Notes under the pieces: model-generated
Database searches by the model: none
What the model saw: only the letters and a program-made list of their open reading frames with translations
What the model was told of the DNA's origin: nothing
In this document: positions 1 to 10,700 of the stretch, piece after piece
Position numbering within the stretch: the first letter of the stretch is position 1
Layout: each line of letters starts with the position of its first letter
Made by a program: the position numbers and the translations under genes
Source: a virus
Lineage: Duplodnaviria; Caudoviricetes
Virus record (IMG/VR): IMGVR_UViG_3300037400_006004
Span: 42,619 to 106,618 of that record
DNA length: 64,000 bases
Direction: 5' to 3' (one strand)

Positions 1-95
1 AATATATTAAATTATACTTTTTTGTTAATTATAGTTTTTATTATAAAATAGAAAAAATAATAAACAATTATTATACGATAAAAAGGAGTGATATT

Positions 96-1460
96 ATGGG
101 CCAATTAACTGAAGTAACTTTACAAAAATATGAAGATAATAAAACAGTTAGTGAAATGGAAAAAAATATTCAAGAAGCTATGGGTTATAAACCTGCTAGT
201 GAAGAGTTACATGATATTAATGAATTATCTAATATTGCCAATGATGATTCTAGTATCCCTAGAAAATATGGATACGTGCCTAAACTAACTGTTACTTTTA
301 GTGACGGTTCTGTATATGATTTACTTGAGTTTACAACTATAGTTCAAGTAGAATTAAATTTAGATTTTTATGTATTTCCATTAATCTCTGTAAGATTAGA
401 TCCTCCAGTTACTTTAATACCTAAAATACAATTTGATGATGATTTAGAAATTAAATTTGAGTTATTATATAATGCTATAACTGATATTGAAAGTGCTCCA
501 ATGTATGATACTTTATGGAATATAACATTACGAAAAATAAAGCAAGAGAGTTCACCTATTATAATTAATGAAATATTTTATCAAGAAACTAATGAAGGAT
601 TAAGAACTGAACCTATTGAATTAAAACTTATTCCAACAGAATGTCTAAAAGCTAATAAAAATTTATTTTCTGGAGTATATGGTGATTGTACTATGATGCA
701 ATTACTTACATTAATTACTGAAAAATTAAATTATAAATCTTATATTGTAAATCCAGATAATGTAAGAAAATATAACCAAGTAATTTTTCCACCATGTAAT
801 ACTTTTTATGCAATTGAATACTTAGACCAATATTATGGATTATATGATAGAGGTTTAAAAATGTTTTATGGTTTTGGACAAAATATTATAATGCCTAAGA
901 ATCATTATATAGAAACAGGACAAAATAAAGTAAAAGTAAGCTTTTCTCAACAAACCAATGGTAATGATATTTTTACTTTTACACAAGGTGGTATAGAACG
1001 TTTAGGAAGTGATAATTATATTTCAATTACTCCTAATAATGTAAAAATTCTTGATAGAAGACACTATATAAAAGAAACACTTGGTACTAAAGTAACTACC
1101 TATTCAAGAGATGATCATGCATATTTTGAACAAGCTAGAGAATATGATTATACAGATGGTAATGAAAATATTGAAAAAGTAAAATCATATATAAATCAAT
1201 ATAATAATACTAATAAAGAAAAAGAATTTTTATTACAATCTGCTTATTCAAGACAATTAGAATTATTATTAAATGATGCAATAATTCCTCCAGATTCTTG
1301 GTTTAAATCATTTAATATTAATTTTGATTCTGAAAATTATAATAGACTAAATGGTTTGTATAGTATGAATGGATATTACTTTAGATTTAGTAAAATTTCT
1401 AATGGTAATGGTACTTCTGAATTTAACGTTCAATCTGCTATAGAATTAATAGAAGTTTAA
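96..1460 (+). CDS. putative virion structural protein (baseplate hub-like)
   Basis: 454 aa ORF; SD AAGGAGTG; late-type AACA motif at 63; general architecture resembles T4 gp27-like hubs (inference only). Confidence 0.4.
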   Translation: MGQLTEVTLQKYEDNKTVSEMEKNIQEAMGYKPASEELHDINELSNIANDDSSIPRKYGYVPKLTVTFSDGSVYDLLEFTTIVQVELNLDFYVFPLISVRLDPPVTLIPKIQFDDDLEIKFELLYNAITDIESAPMYDTLWNITLRKIKQESSPIIINEIFYQETNEGLRTEPIELKLIPTECLKANKNLFSGVYGDCTMMQLLTLITEKLNYKSYIVNPDNVRKYNQVIFPPCNTFYAIEYLDQYYGLYDRGLKMFYGFGQNIIMPKNHYIETGQNKVKVSFSQQTNGNDIFTFTQGGIERLGSDNYISITPNNVKILDRRHYIKETLGTKVTTYSRDDHAYFEQAREYDYTDGNENIEKVKSYINQYNNTNKEKEFLLQSAYSRQLELLLNDAIIPPDSWFKSFNINFDSENYNRLNGLYSMNGYYFRFSKISNGNGTSEFNVQSAIELIEV

Positions 1461-1464
1461 AAAA

Positions 1465-1496
1465 ATATCCCTAATGGAAAATTCCATTAGGGATAT
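1465..1496. terminator. bidirectional hairpin terminator
   Basis: 15-bp perfect inverted repeat ATATCCCTAATGGAA/TTCCATTAGGGATAT between convergent genes. Confidence 0.85.
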
Positions 1497-1500
1497 AATA

Positions 1501-2046
1501 TTAGTCTCTATACCATGTAGCATTTCTATGCTTATCAGTTCCAAGAGAATCTTTACCTTTATTAATAAATTCTTCTTTAACTTCTCCAGTAGTATAATCT
1601 AACATTTCACATTTTTCTTCATAATTATATTCAATGATTGCGTTTGTTTGATCTGCTGCAAAATAAACTGTATCACCTGTAGTTCTATCTACAACACTTA
1701 TAACATTTTCACTAACTGCTTTAGCATTATTTAAATCATATCTTTCACAGTTAAATACTTGTACTGTAGAAGTATAAATGTCTGAAACACTATACCAATT
1801 CATTCTCCATTTTACTTCATCATAAATTTTAAGTAAATTTCTCTTCTTATATTGAGGCTTTGTACGATCATCAATATATTCAATTAATGTATCTCTCTCT
1901 AATAATTCATTACCATCTTCAGTTAATGGCTTATGCAATTTAACTAATAATAGCTCAAATTCTTTATAATTGTCAAAAAAATTAAAAACATTTTTGCCTA
2001 TCTTTGGGCTACTGGTAATTATACTAACAACTTCAGAAGCAGTCAT
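1501..2046 (-). CDS. hypothetical protein (late promoter)
   Basis: 181 aa ORF; SD GAAAGGA; AACA-N6-TATA at 2073-2086. Confidence 0.75.
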   Translation of the reverse strand: MTASEVVSIITSSPKIGKNVFNFFDNYKEFELLLVKLHKPLTEDGNELLERDTLIEYIDDRTKPQYKKRNLLKIYDEVKWRMNWYSVSDIYTSTVQVFNCERYDLNNAKAVSENVISVVDRTTGDTVYFAADQTNAIIEYNYEEKCEMLDYTTGEVKEEFINKGKDSLGTDKHRNATWYRD

Positions 2047-2143
2047 ATTATCATTCCTTTCTAAAATAAGATTATAACCATTTGTTAAAAATAAAAAATT
2101 TTGTAAATAATAAATTATTATTATAATAAAGGAGGGATAATTA

Positions 2144-2611
2144 ATGTATATTCCTATATTAAAATTTAAAATAACAGATTATAAAGAAAAAGAAATTCCA
2201 AAAAAATTATTTAGAAAATCTAAAATTGTTACTGAAGAAGAATCATATGAAATTACTTTATCATATAATATAGATGAGGATAGGTTTTATTATGAAGATG
2301 AAAATAAACTTATACCAACTAAAAAAGATTTATCAAGATCTATTATTATGATATATGATATTTATAAACGATATGAAAAATTTGGTTTTAAAGATAATTT
2401 TAAAGTATCTGAAAATAAGTTAAATCAATTTCTTAAAAATTTTTTTAATTGTAATAATAATGAAAGTGAAATATATTTAAAAAAATTGATATTTGGAAGT
2501 CAACCAGTAAATTTATTAGCTATTAATTCAATATTAAATGAACTTGAAATTGATGGTGTAGATTTTACACAATATTATTATTTTCAATATCCACGAATTA
2601 GTTTTAGATAA
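2144..2611 (+). CDS. hypothetical protein
   Basis: 155 aa ORF with SD AAGGAGGG. Confidence 0.75.
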   Translation: MYIPILKFKITDYKEKEIPKKLFRKSKIVTEEESYEITLSYNIDEDRFYYEDENKLIPTKKDLSRSIIMIYDIYKRYEKFGFKDNFKVSENKLNQFLKNFFNCNNNESEIYLKKLIFGSQPVNLLAINSILNELEIDGVDFTQYYYFQYPRISFR

Positions 2612-2670
2612 AAAAAAGAAGGCACATTGCTATCACCTGAGTGCCTTCCTTTTTTTTTGGTAAGAACGAC

Positions 2671-2877
2671 TTAGTCGTTCTTACACTCCTTGTTGTTGAT
2701 GGCCTTGACAAGGCCATCAACGACTCCAACTGCCAATGCAATGGCAGTTGTTGCAGCTACCTGTCCTACAACATTTCCTGCAGCATTACATGCTGCATCT
2801 GCAAACATCTCCTTTCTTGCAGCCTTTCTTGCAGCGATCTTCTTAGCTTCCATCTGTGCCTTAAAATTATTAAACAT
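2671..2877 (-). CDS. small Ala-rich early protein with hydrophobic helix
   Basis: Start moved to MFNNFK (SD GAAAGGA); early motif at 3001-3013; hairpin at about 2618-2648. Confidence 0.65.
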   Translation of the reverse strand: MFNNFKAQMEAKKIAARKAARKEMFADAACNAAGNVVGQVAATTAIALAVGVVDGLVKAINNKECKND

Positions 2878-3042
2878 GGTATTCCTTTCCCCCACTGCCC
2901 TTAGGCCCATGAATGTGAGTAGCCGTTAGTTATTAATGTAATAAGGGAACATACAAAAAGGTGGCTTAATCCTTTTCAATTATTTACCTTATTCACAATT
3001 ATAATATGTATTCAGAAATATAGTTTAATACGGTTTAATAAA

Positions 3043-3073
3043 AATCCCTATAGGTTTTGTACCTATAGGGATT
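3043..3073. terminator. hairpin terminator
   Basis: AATCCCTATAGGT/ACCTATAGGGATT inverted repeat. Confidence 0.85.
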
Positions 3074-3079
3074 ATAATT

Positions 3080-4231
3080 TTAAATAAATAAATCATCACC
3101 AAGATTATCAATACCATCTCTAGGAGTAACTTCCTGCCTATTATCTGGATTAATCTTAGCTTCAATTCCTTTTGAAACTTTAGAATCTTCTTTCTTTAAT
3201 GTAGCAATACTATTATGCTGAGCTTGCTTATTATCATTATCAAGAGCTTCTCCAAGCTTCTTTAATTTACTAGCAAGACCAGATTGTTTTTGACTAATAG
3301 ATTTATCTCTAGGATTTCCATTTCCAACAGCTAGACTATTAGCTTCAACCATTCCACTAATATACTTTAAGTTTTCAGAAATTTCAATCTTTTTAAAATA
3401 ATAATAACAAATAAGAGTTCTAGAAAGATAAACTAATGCAAGAATACTACTACCAACAGCAAGAACACCTAAAGCAATAGCTGCAGGAGTATTAGCAGCA
3501 GCTAAACCGCCTATAGCTGATCCAATTCCACCAAGGGTAGCTCCGATTCCAACTGCTTCATGATATACCATTTCATATTCTTCACATTTAGCTTCAAAGT
3601 CTTCATTAAGCTTAAGTTTATTATTTCTACAAATATCATTGAATTTTTCAATGTTCTTAAAAAGAATATTTTTTGTAAGAGAATTCTTTGGAGGATCTCT
3701 ATATATTAATGTATTTGCTTCAGTAAATGAAGTACTATTAATTAAAATTATAGAAGCAAATTCAATAGTAGCAGCAGCAATAGTTTGATAAGCTAAAATA
3801 TTAGCTGAATCATTAGTTTGATATGCTCTTTCAAAATATTTAACATTCTTTTCAAGATTACCCATAGCAGCTTCTACATTTTGAAAAGCAGTAACAGCTT
3901 CTACAGTGTTTTTACCTTTAGCTTTTTCAACAATTGGTTTAAGCATAGAAATACACTGTTTTGTAGTTTTATAAGATTTAGATTTCTTAATATCTCCCTT
4001 AGTTTTAGGAAGATCTAAGAAAGTTCCTTTTTTAGTAAGATGTGCTAATTTCTTTTCAGAATTTTTCATAGCACTTCCACCCATCATGTCTGCTAAAGAC
4101 ATTTTTTGCTCTTCAGTAAGACTATTTAAAAAAGTGGAAGAAATTAATGTAGTATCCTTATCTTGATGGTTTTCCTGTATAATGTAATCCAAACTGAATC
4201 TGTCTGGAGTCATATTCATAATGTATGGCAT
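3080..4231 (-). CDS. putative virion (head) protein with Gly/Ala-rich hydrophobic segment
   Basis: Start MPYIM; several L/I-x-E sites; long hydrophobic stretch AVGIGATLGGIGSAIGGLAAA...LALVYL; downstream of 4251 ORF in a late unit. Confidence 0.5.
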   Translation of the reverse strand: MPYIMNMTPDRFSLDYIIQENHQDKDTTLISSTFLNSLTEEQKMSLADMMGGSAMKNSEKKLAHLTKKGTFLDLPKTKGDIKKSKSYKTTKQCISMLKPIVEKAKGKNTVEAVTAFQNVEAAMGNLEKNVKYFERAYQTNDSANILAYQTIAAATIEFASIILINSTSFTEANTLIYRDPPKNSLTKNILFKNIEKFNDICRNNKLKLNEDFEAKCEEYEMVYHEAVGIGATLGGIGSAIGGLAAANTPAAIALGVLAVGSSILALVYLSRTLICYYYFKKIEISENLKYISGMVEANSLAVGNGNPRDKSISQKQSGLASKLKKLGEALDNDNKQAQHNSIATLKKEDSKVSKGIEAKINPDNRQEVTPRDGIDNLGDDLFI

Positions 4232-4250
4232 AATTGTTTCCTCCTCTCTA

Positions 4251-5624
4251 TTATCTACCAAATAATGATTTAATATCATCGATACTTATTGGCTTTGGTT
4301 TCTTCTGAGTTTTAAAATCATTAAGTTTTTTAACAGTATAACTTGCAGATGGTTCATCATAAAGATAAACTGTTTCAGTAGATTCATCTATATAAGCAAA
4401 ATTTAATAAATAAAGAGAATCCATTAATCTTTGAGCAAATTTAGGCATAGAAAGATCAATTCTATAAGTGCTTGCAATATAATCAACTTCATCTTTAGTA
4501 ATTACTAAAGTAGCTGTTTTAATTGGAGCATTCTTTTTTCCTGCAGAAGAAGAATGGAAAATTTGTTTATTTTCATTCTTAAGCTTTCTAAGCTTATACC
4601 ACCAATAGTTAGAAGTCTTAGCTGCTTGAATACCAGTATTCTTCATGTTAGTGAAGTCAAAAATTAATTCACCAAGACCTTTAAAGAATCCATATTCGCC
4701 AGTTGTCCATTTAATAAATTTAAATAAAGTAGAATTTTTAAATTCATTACCAATATTAAATATAATATCTTCGGATTTAATTGGATGAGCAATACATTTT
4801 ACACCAAAAATAACTTCTTTTTCATCAAGAGAAGTTCTTGATATAGTAGAATTATGACCAACGCCTATTCCACCTACATTTCCAGCAGCTTTAGCAGCAG
4901 AACCACCAAAATGTCCACCAATTAATGCACCAGCAATTTTAGTAGCACCGTTCATATCAGTAGTAGAATTTCTTTCAGAAACAGTAGAGTTAGCAATAGA
5001 AATTTTAACTTTAATAAATGTTGGTTGTAAATCATTAACCTTTTTAAACATATCAGGATTAAAAGGTGCTTTATCATCAAATTCAGCAGTAATAGTTTTA
5101 TCATTTACACTATGAGAACTTCTGCTTACAGAACCTAAACCAAAGTTTACAGTAGTTCCACGATTTGCATCTGTAACAGTATTATTTTTATATTCTGCTT
5201 CATTTAGATATTTTGGAAGAGTTGCTTCATTTAAAGACCATTTACAAAACTTATCTTCTACTGGAATAGCTAATGATTTACTAGCTAAATCAATATTTTC
5301 AAGTAAAGTTGGTTTTCCTTCAATATTAGTATGAAGTAGTCTTAAAGAAGTAATTAGGTCTCCAGAACCATTTGTTAATGTACCAAAATCATTTTGAAGT
5401 AATAATCTAAGCATTATTGCATTTTCAACTTCAAATCCACCGGCTAATGTAGCAGCAGCATCTTGAGAAATATTTTGAGATAATAAAATTGGAAACTGTA
5501 GGATTAAATCTTTAGTCATCTTTTTAATAGAATTACCAGTATAGGCATCAGTATCAAATCTAGAGCTTCTTCTATAATTTGCACGTCCTGCAGCTTTTTG
5601 GATGAAAGTATCAAAACTTGCCAT
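4251..5624 (-). CDS. putative virion structural protein
   Basis: About 457 aa; AACA-N6-TATA at 5650-5663; clustered LLE/LNE sites. Confidence 0.5.
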   Translation of the reverse strand: MASFDTFIQKAAGRANYRRSSRFDTDAYTGNSIKKMTKDLILQFPILLSQNISQDAAATLAGGFEVENAIMLRLLLQNDFGTLTNGSGDLITSLRLLHTNIEGKPTLLENIDLASKSLAIPVEDKFCKWSLNEATLPKYLNEAEYKNNTVTDANRGTTVNFGLGSVSRSSHSVNDKTITAEFDDKAPFNPDMFKKVNDLQPTFIKVKISIANSTVSERNSTTDMNGATKIAGALIGGHFGGSAAKAAGNVGGIGVGHNSTISRTSLDEKEVIFGVKCIAHPIKSEDIIFNIGNEFKNSTLFKFIKWTTGEYGFFKGLGELIFDFTNMKNTGIQAAKTSNYWWYKLRKLKNENKQIFHSSSAGKKNAPIKTATLVITKDEVDYIASTYRIDLSMPKFAQRLMDSLYLLNFAYIDESTETVYLYDEPSASYTVKKLNDFKTQKKPKPISIDDIKSLFGR

Positions 5625-5742
5625 ATATATCATTCCTTTCTATAAAAATTATAAAAAGTTGTTAAAAAAAATGGGTAATATTCAAAAGTAAATATTACCC
5701 ATCTTATATCACTCTATTGATAGAGAATTACTTATGACATTG

Positions 5743-5931
5743 TTAAAATAAATATAAGATACTATTAATTAAACATATAAAACCTTCTCCCACTGTTTCA
5801 CATTTGTAATTACTATTTTTAGCTCCTGGAAATAGGTTAGTCCATGTTGGACCATAAATTTCTTTTTTATCTTTTTTTCTTTCTTTTTTACTGTTATCTT
5901 TAAGATTTTTAGATATTGTATCAAAAATCAT
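5743..5931 (-). CDS. small early protein with structured leader
   Basis: 62 aa; SD AGGAGGAG; early motif at 6053-6065; terminator at about 5671-5702. Confidence 0.6.
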   Translation of the reverse strand: MIFDTISKNLKDNSKKERKKDKKEIYGPTWTNLFPGAKNSNYKCETVGEGFICLINSILYLF

Positions 5932-6123
5932 AAGAATCTCCTCCTAATTAAAATTAGGAAGAGGAGCATGCAGACAGGACTGTATACAAGGCCTACAATA
6001 TTTTAGGGTTTAAAGAGTGATATAAGCGACAGTCTAACTCCTTTCCATCTTTATAATATATATTTAATAATTTTCTATATAAACAACAAACCAATATTAT
6101 GTTTATATAAAGAAGGTGAGATT

Positions 6124-7734
6124 ATGCAAAAAGCAATAGATATTATTAAAGAAAGATATCAGGATCAAATTAATATATATGAATATTTCAATCCTTATAG
6201 ACTTAAAGAAAACGTAGAACCTTTTATGGGAGGATTTCCAATTATTTTTATGACAACTCCTTCTATGACTGTTTATGAAAATGGTGAAGTTCCAGAAACA
6301 CTATTAAATGCAAATCCATTATTTGCATTACTTGCAGAAAATGACCCTTACATTTTAAAACAGTTACAATATTCTTTTGGAGGTTCAACTTCTGCATTTA
6401 TTAAATTAGTAACAAATAGATTTAAAGGTATTACATTAAAAGATTTTAATATGAGAACTGTTGATGAACATGAAAACTATTATGGTTGGAAACAAATATT
6501 ACCAGCTTCTACTGTTGATAACTTTACAGCAGAATCTTCATTAACTATAAATTTTTCAGAGTCTAAAAATTTAGATATGACTAAACTATTTTATGCTTGG
6601 ATGAATTATATTGAAGTTGTAAGATATGGTTTACATGAACCTAGAAAAGTAACTAGAGATAGCAGAATATTAGATTTTACTTCATCAATATATTTCTTTT
6701 TATTAGATTTTGATATGCGTACTATTTTATATTTTTGTAAATATACTGGTGTATATCCTACTAATGTACCATTAAGTAGTTTAATTATGAGTGATATTAC
6801 TTCTAGAGGACCAGTAGAAACTTCAATGACTTTTACATATCAATATAAAGAAGAAATGAATCCACAAATAATTTATGATTTTAATGCAGTAGCAGGTTAT
6901 CCTGCTTCTATTTATGCTGATACAGCAAAAGGTGATACATCACCTTCATCTTATTATGGAGATTTCAAAAATTTTAATCCAGAAAAAGATAAGATTGAAG
7001 TATCAAGTAGTGATAATGATCCAACTAATAGAATTCTAGATGATGGTAGAGATTTTCTATATAATAAAAAATTTAGTACTATACAAATAAGAACTATGAC
7101 TGAAGGTAAATATGATACTCAAAGTCAAACTGCTTTTAATTCAGCAGAAAATAATACTAAAAGAACACTTGTTATGGAATTCTTAGATAATAATGAAATG
7201 CCTAGTGCTTCTGATAGTGATTTAAGTTCTTTAGTTGAAAATATGAAGAGCCAAAAATATTTAGATCTTAAACGAAGAATAAAAGCAGATGCAGTTAATA
7301 TTATGGGTGAACTATCTACTGGTCTTGTCGGAACTGCCACTAAAAAACAGTATAATGATTACATTGAAGACACTAAGAAAAAATTAGGAATAGATAATGA
7401 ATCATTAGACAAAATTAAAGGTGAATATAAAGCTAAAGTTGAAGCAGGTGAAATAACTCAAGAGGAATATGATGCTAAGTTAGAAGAACTACAAACTTGG
7501 GCTGATAAAAAAGTTAAAGATAATGTATTAGACTATTTAACTTATAAAGGTAGTGCTGAATTTAAAAATACAGTTAGACAAGCTAACTATATGAAGATGA
7601 TTGAAAATTATACTAAAATGGGTATGGCTATTCCTAGTATGGCTGAGTTTTATGCAAATAAACGTTCAGAAAATTCAGAAAAAGCTGATAAAGCATCTGA
7701 TGATTTTTTGAAATATTTTTATGGAATGATTTAA
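6124..7734 (+). CDS. tail tube-fold baseplate/tube initiator protein
   Basis: KLFYAWMNYI...IYFFLLD...YFCKYTGVYPTNVP parallels KNMYQFWITGI...LLYIVT...FAAYYTAVMPTTLP in the tube gene at 34379; lies next to the baseplate gene. Confidence 0.6.
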   Translation: MQKAIDIIKERYQDQINIYEYFNPYRLKENVEPFMGGFPIIFMTTPSMTVYENGEVPETLLNANPLFALLAENDPYILKQLQYSFGGSTSAFIKLVTNRFKGITLKDFNMRTVDEHENYYGWKQILPASTVDNFTAESSLTINFSESKNLDMTKLFYAWMNYIEVVRYGLHEPRKVTRDSRILDFTSSIYFFLLDFDMRTILYFCKYTGVYPTNVPLSSLIMSDITSRGPVETSMTFTYQYKEEMNPQIIYDFNAVAGYPASIYADTAKGDTSPSSYYGDFKNFNPEKDKIEVSSSDNDPTNRILDDGRDFLYNKKFSTIQIRTMTEGKYDTQSQTAFNSAENNTKRTLVMEFLDNNEMPSASDSDLSSLVENMKSQKYLDLKRRIKADAVNIMGELSTGLVGTATKKQYNDYIEDTKKKLGIDNESLDKIKGEYKAKVEAGEITQEEYDAKLEELQTWADKKVKDNVLDYLTYKGSAEFKNTVRQANYMKMIENYTKMGMAIPSMAEFYANKRSENSEKADKASDDFLKYFYGMI

Positions 7735-7750
7735 AAGGAGGGATTAAATT

Positions 7751-10700
7751 ATGGCTGTTGATGTTACTAATAAAATACCAACTGTTGAATACAGTGATCC
7801 TTCTGTAGATACTAATGCTAAATCAATTATTAAAATTAATTCAACTAACTATAACGTGTATGATAATTGGTTTGATTTTATTAAAAAATATTTTGGTGTA
7901 GATCAAGTAGGAAATCCTTATATTAATACATTAAAGTCTTCATTCTTTGGTTACTTTAATGAACTTGCTTCAAGTGAAATTAAAAATGCAGTATATCATA
8001 GAAATTTCTTATATGATGAACATTTTTTAAATACTGCTATACTTCCTGAAAGCATTTATAATTTTGCTAAGCAGTTTAACGTTCCTATTGATACTGCAAC
8101 ACCAGCTACTATGTTTTTAAAAATCGGTGTTACAGAAGAAAGTTTAACTTCAAGTTCTCTTTTAAGAGAAATATCAATAGATAATGAAAATACAAATAAA
8201 AATGCAAATACTTTAAAACTTTATACACTTACATTTACCAGAGATAATACTTTATTTACTGTAGGTAATTATAATTTTTCATTAGCTTATCCTATTATAT
8301 TAACTATACAACAAATAAGCGATGAAGATGATAACTATTCTTATAGCTATGCAGTTAATTATGATACTACAGCAGAGCATTATCCTTTTGTTGAAGCAAC
8401 AGGTTCTTTACCATTCTTAAAAGTTTGGAAAGAAAATGTAAATGGTGTTGATTTTGTATATATTGGATTCCAAGTATATCAATTTGAAAAGAGAACTCAT
8501 GAAGTTCTTATTACTACTTCAGAAGGAAACCCAGATACATTATATCATACTTTTAATTTTGATGATCAGTTAGCATTCTTTGATGCTAAATATGAATTTA
8601 ATGGAAAAATTGCTGATTTACATCTATATTTTAATAATATCTATGTACCAACAGAACAAGAATATTTTGCATATTATACTTATTTAAACGATAATTGTAT
8701 TCAGATGTCTTTTTCATCAGATCAAATAACTGGTTTTAAACCTTCACCTGGTTCTACTATTTATTTTAGAACTTATACTACATTAGGTGAAGAAGGAAAC
8801 TTTGACTATACTGGTGGAGTATCTATGAAATTTACTAATAATACGTCATATAGTTATCTTGATTTCTCTTGTGAAACATTAGTTAATGGTTCATCTGGCG
8901 GTAAAAATAGATTAGATACTTTTGGACAGAAAACTAAAATTCTTGAAAGAATTACTACCAGAAATAATATTATTACCGATAATGATTTACTTAAATTCTT
9001 TGATTCAGTTAATGAATCTTTAAATATTAATGGAAGTACCATTCAATTTTTAAAGAAACAAGATGATGTTATTAAAAGAATTTATTGTAATTTCTTACTT
9101 TTAAGAGATGAAAATAAACGTGTAATTCCTACTAATACAGCACCACATCTTAAAATTAAAGCATCAGATTTATTGCCTGTTGGAGATAGTGTTGCTAGTA
9201 ATAAAGGTTCTAAAACAAAAAATAAATTTGTTCTTAAAGAGCATTCAATTATTAAATGTAATTACGTAAGAGATATTCCAAATTATAATCCTTTAACTAC
9301 TGATCCAGATTTAGTTGTAGATAATTTTGAAGATTATTTCGATAAAGATGATAATATAAGATATTCTCAAGATTATATTAAATATATACTTGATAATAAT
9401 TATTTCCAATCTATTATAGATACTAAAAAAGATTCTTATGAAATTGCTTTAGATAATCTTGAAAGTATATATGATATTATGAAATTTTTTGAAGTAGAAA
9501 ATGATGAATTAGTATATACTTTACCATTTATGATTTCTATTGAAAAAGAACCTTTCCTTAAAGCTACTTATTATAATATGGATATCAATACTAATGTACA
9601 ACTTAACTATAAATATTTAAATAGTAAAGTAGGTGCATCATTTAATATTAGCACTCTTTCTATAGAAAAAGATATAAATCCAACAGCTACTAATAAATAT
9701 TCTTTAGATTCTAATGTATATAAATTATCATTTAATTTAAATACTAATTTAAGTTATAGTGATTTAAAGAATAGAGTTGTTGTTAAATGTATTTTAACAG
9801 ATGCTAAAGAAACTAAAACATTTGGACATTTCTTCTTCAAATTAAAAGATGTTGAAACTAATAAAGATGGTGTAGTAAGTTATTCTTATAAGTATGAAGC
9901 TGAACTTGCCACAGACTATACATTTGATAGTGGTATGCTTAATATGTATAATTGTCTTTACAAGAATTCTTCAACTTCAGATAATTTTAGAAGTCAGCTT
10001 TATAGAACAGTTCCTATTGAAGAAGACATCTGTTTCCAGATTGGTATTCTTTATTATGATAAAAATCAAGCACAAACACAGACTAAAGAAGAAAAGGATG
10101 ACTGGTATTATCCTTTCCCAATAGGATTTATTCAAACTATTGAAGATCCAGTTGATATAATTAATGCTGGTACTGGCGGAATACCTTTTGAAACTTGTGA
10201 AAATTTAACAGATCAATCTAACTATTATGATGAAGGAACTGATAAAACTAAATGGGTTGGTTATAAAAATGTAGATTCTGTTTTATTCCTTCCAGTAGAT
10301 GAAGATGCTTCAAATGGTAGCGGTACTTTAAATAATAATTATGAATTTTATGAAGATGGTCCATTTGATTGGAATGTTATTATAGATGATAAACAACCTT
10401 ATAAAAATTCTATTGGTAAAGTAGAATATTTCTTAAACGAACATAATTTACTTGATGGAAAGATTATCATTAAAATTAAAGATACCTATCCAGTAGATAA
10501 TCCAGACGCTGATACTAATCATTTAAAGTTAGAAGGTTATGCTAAAATAGCAATTCCTAATTTTGTTTTAGATGTTCATAATTATACTATTGAAATTGGA
10601 CATAAATTATTTTATGATGAAGCATTAACTAATTTTGGAAATACTAATGATAATATTAATATTAATAAAACATTTGATAGAGATGGTAATAAATATATAA

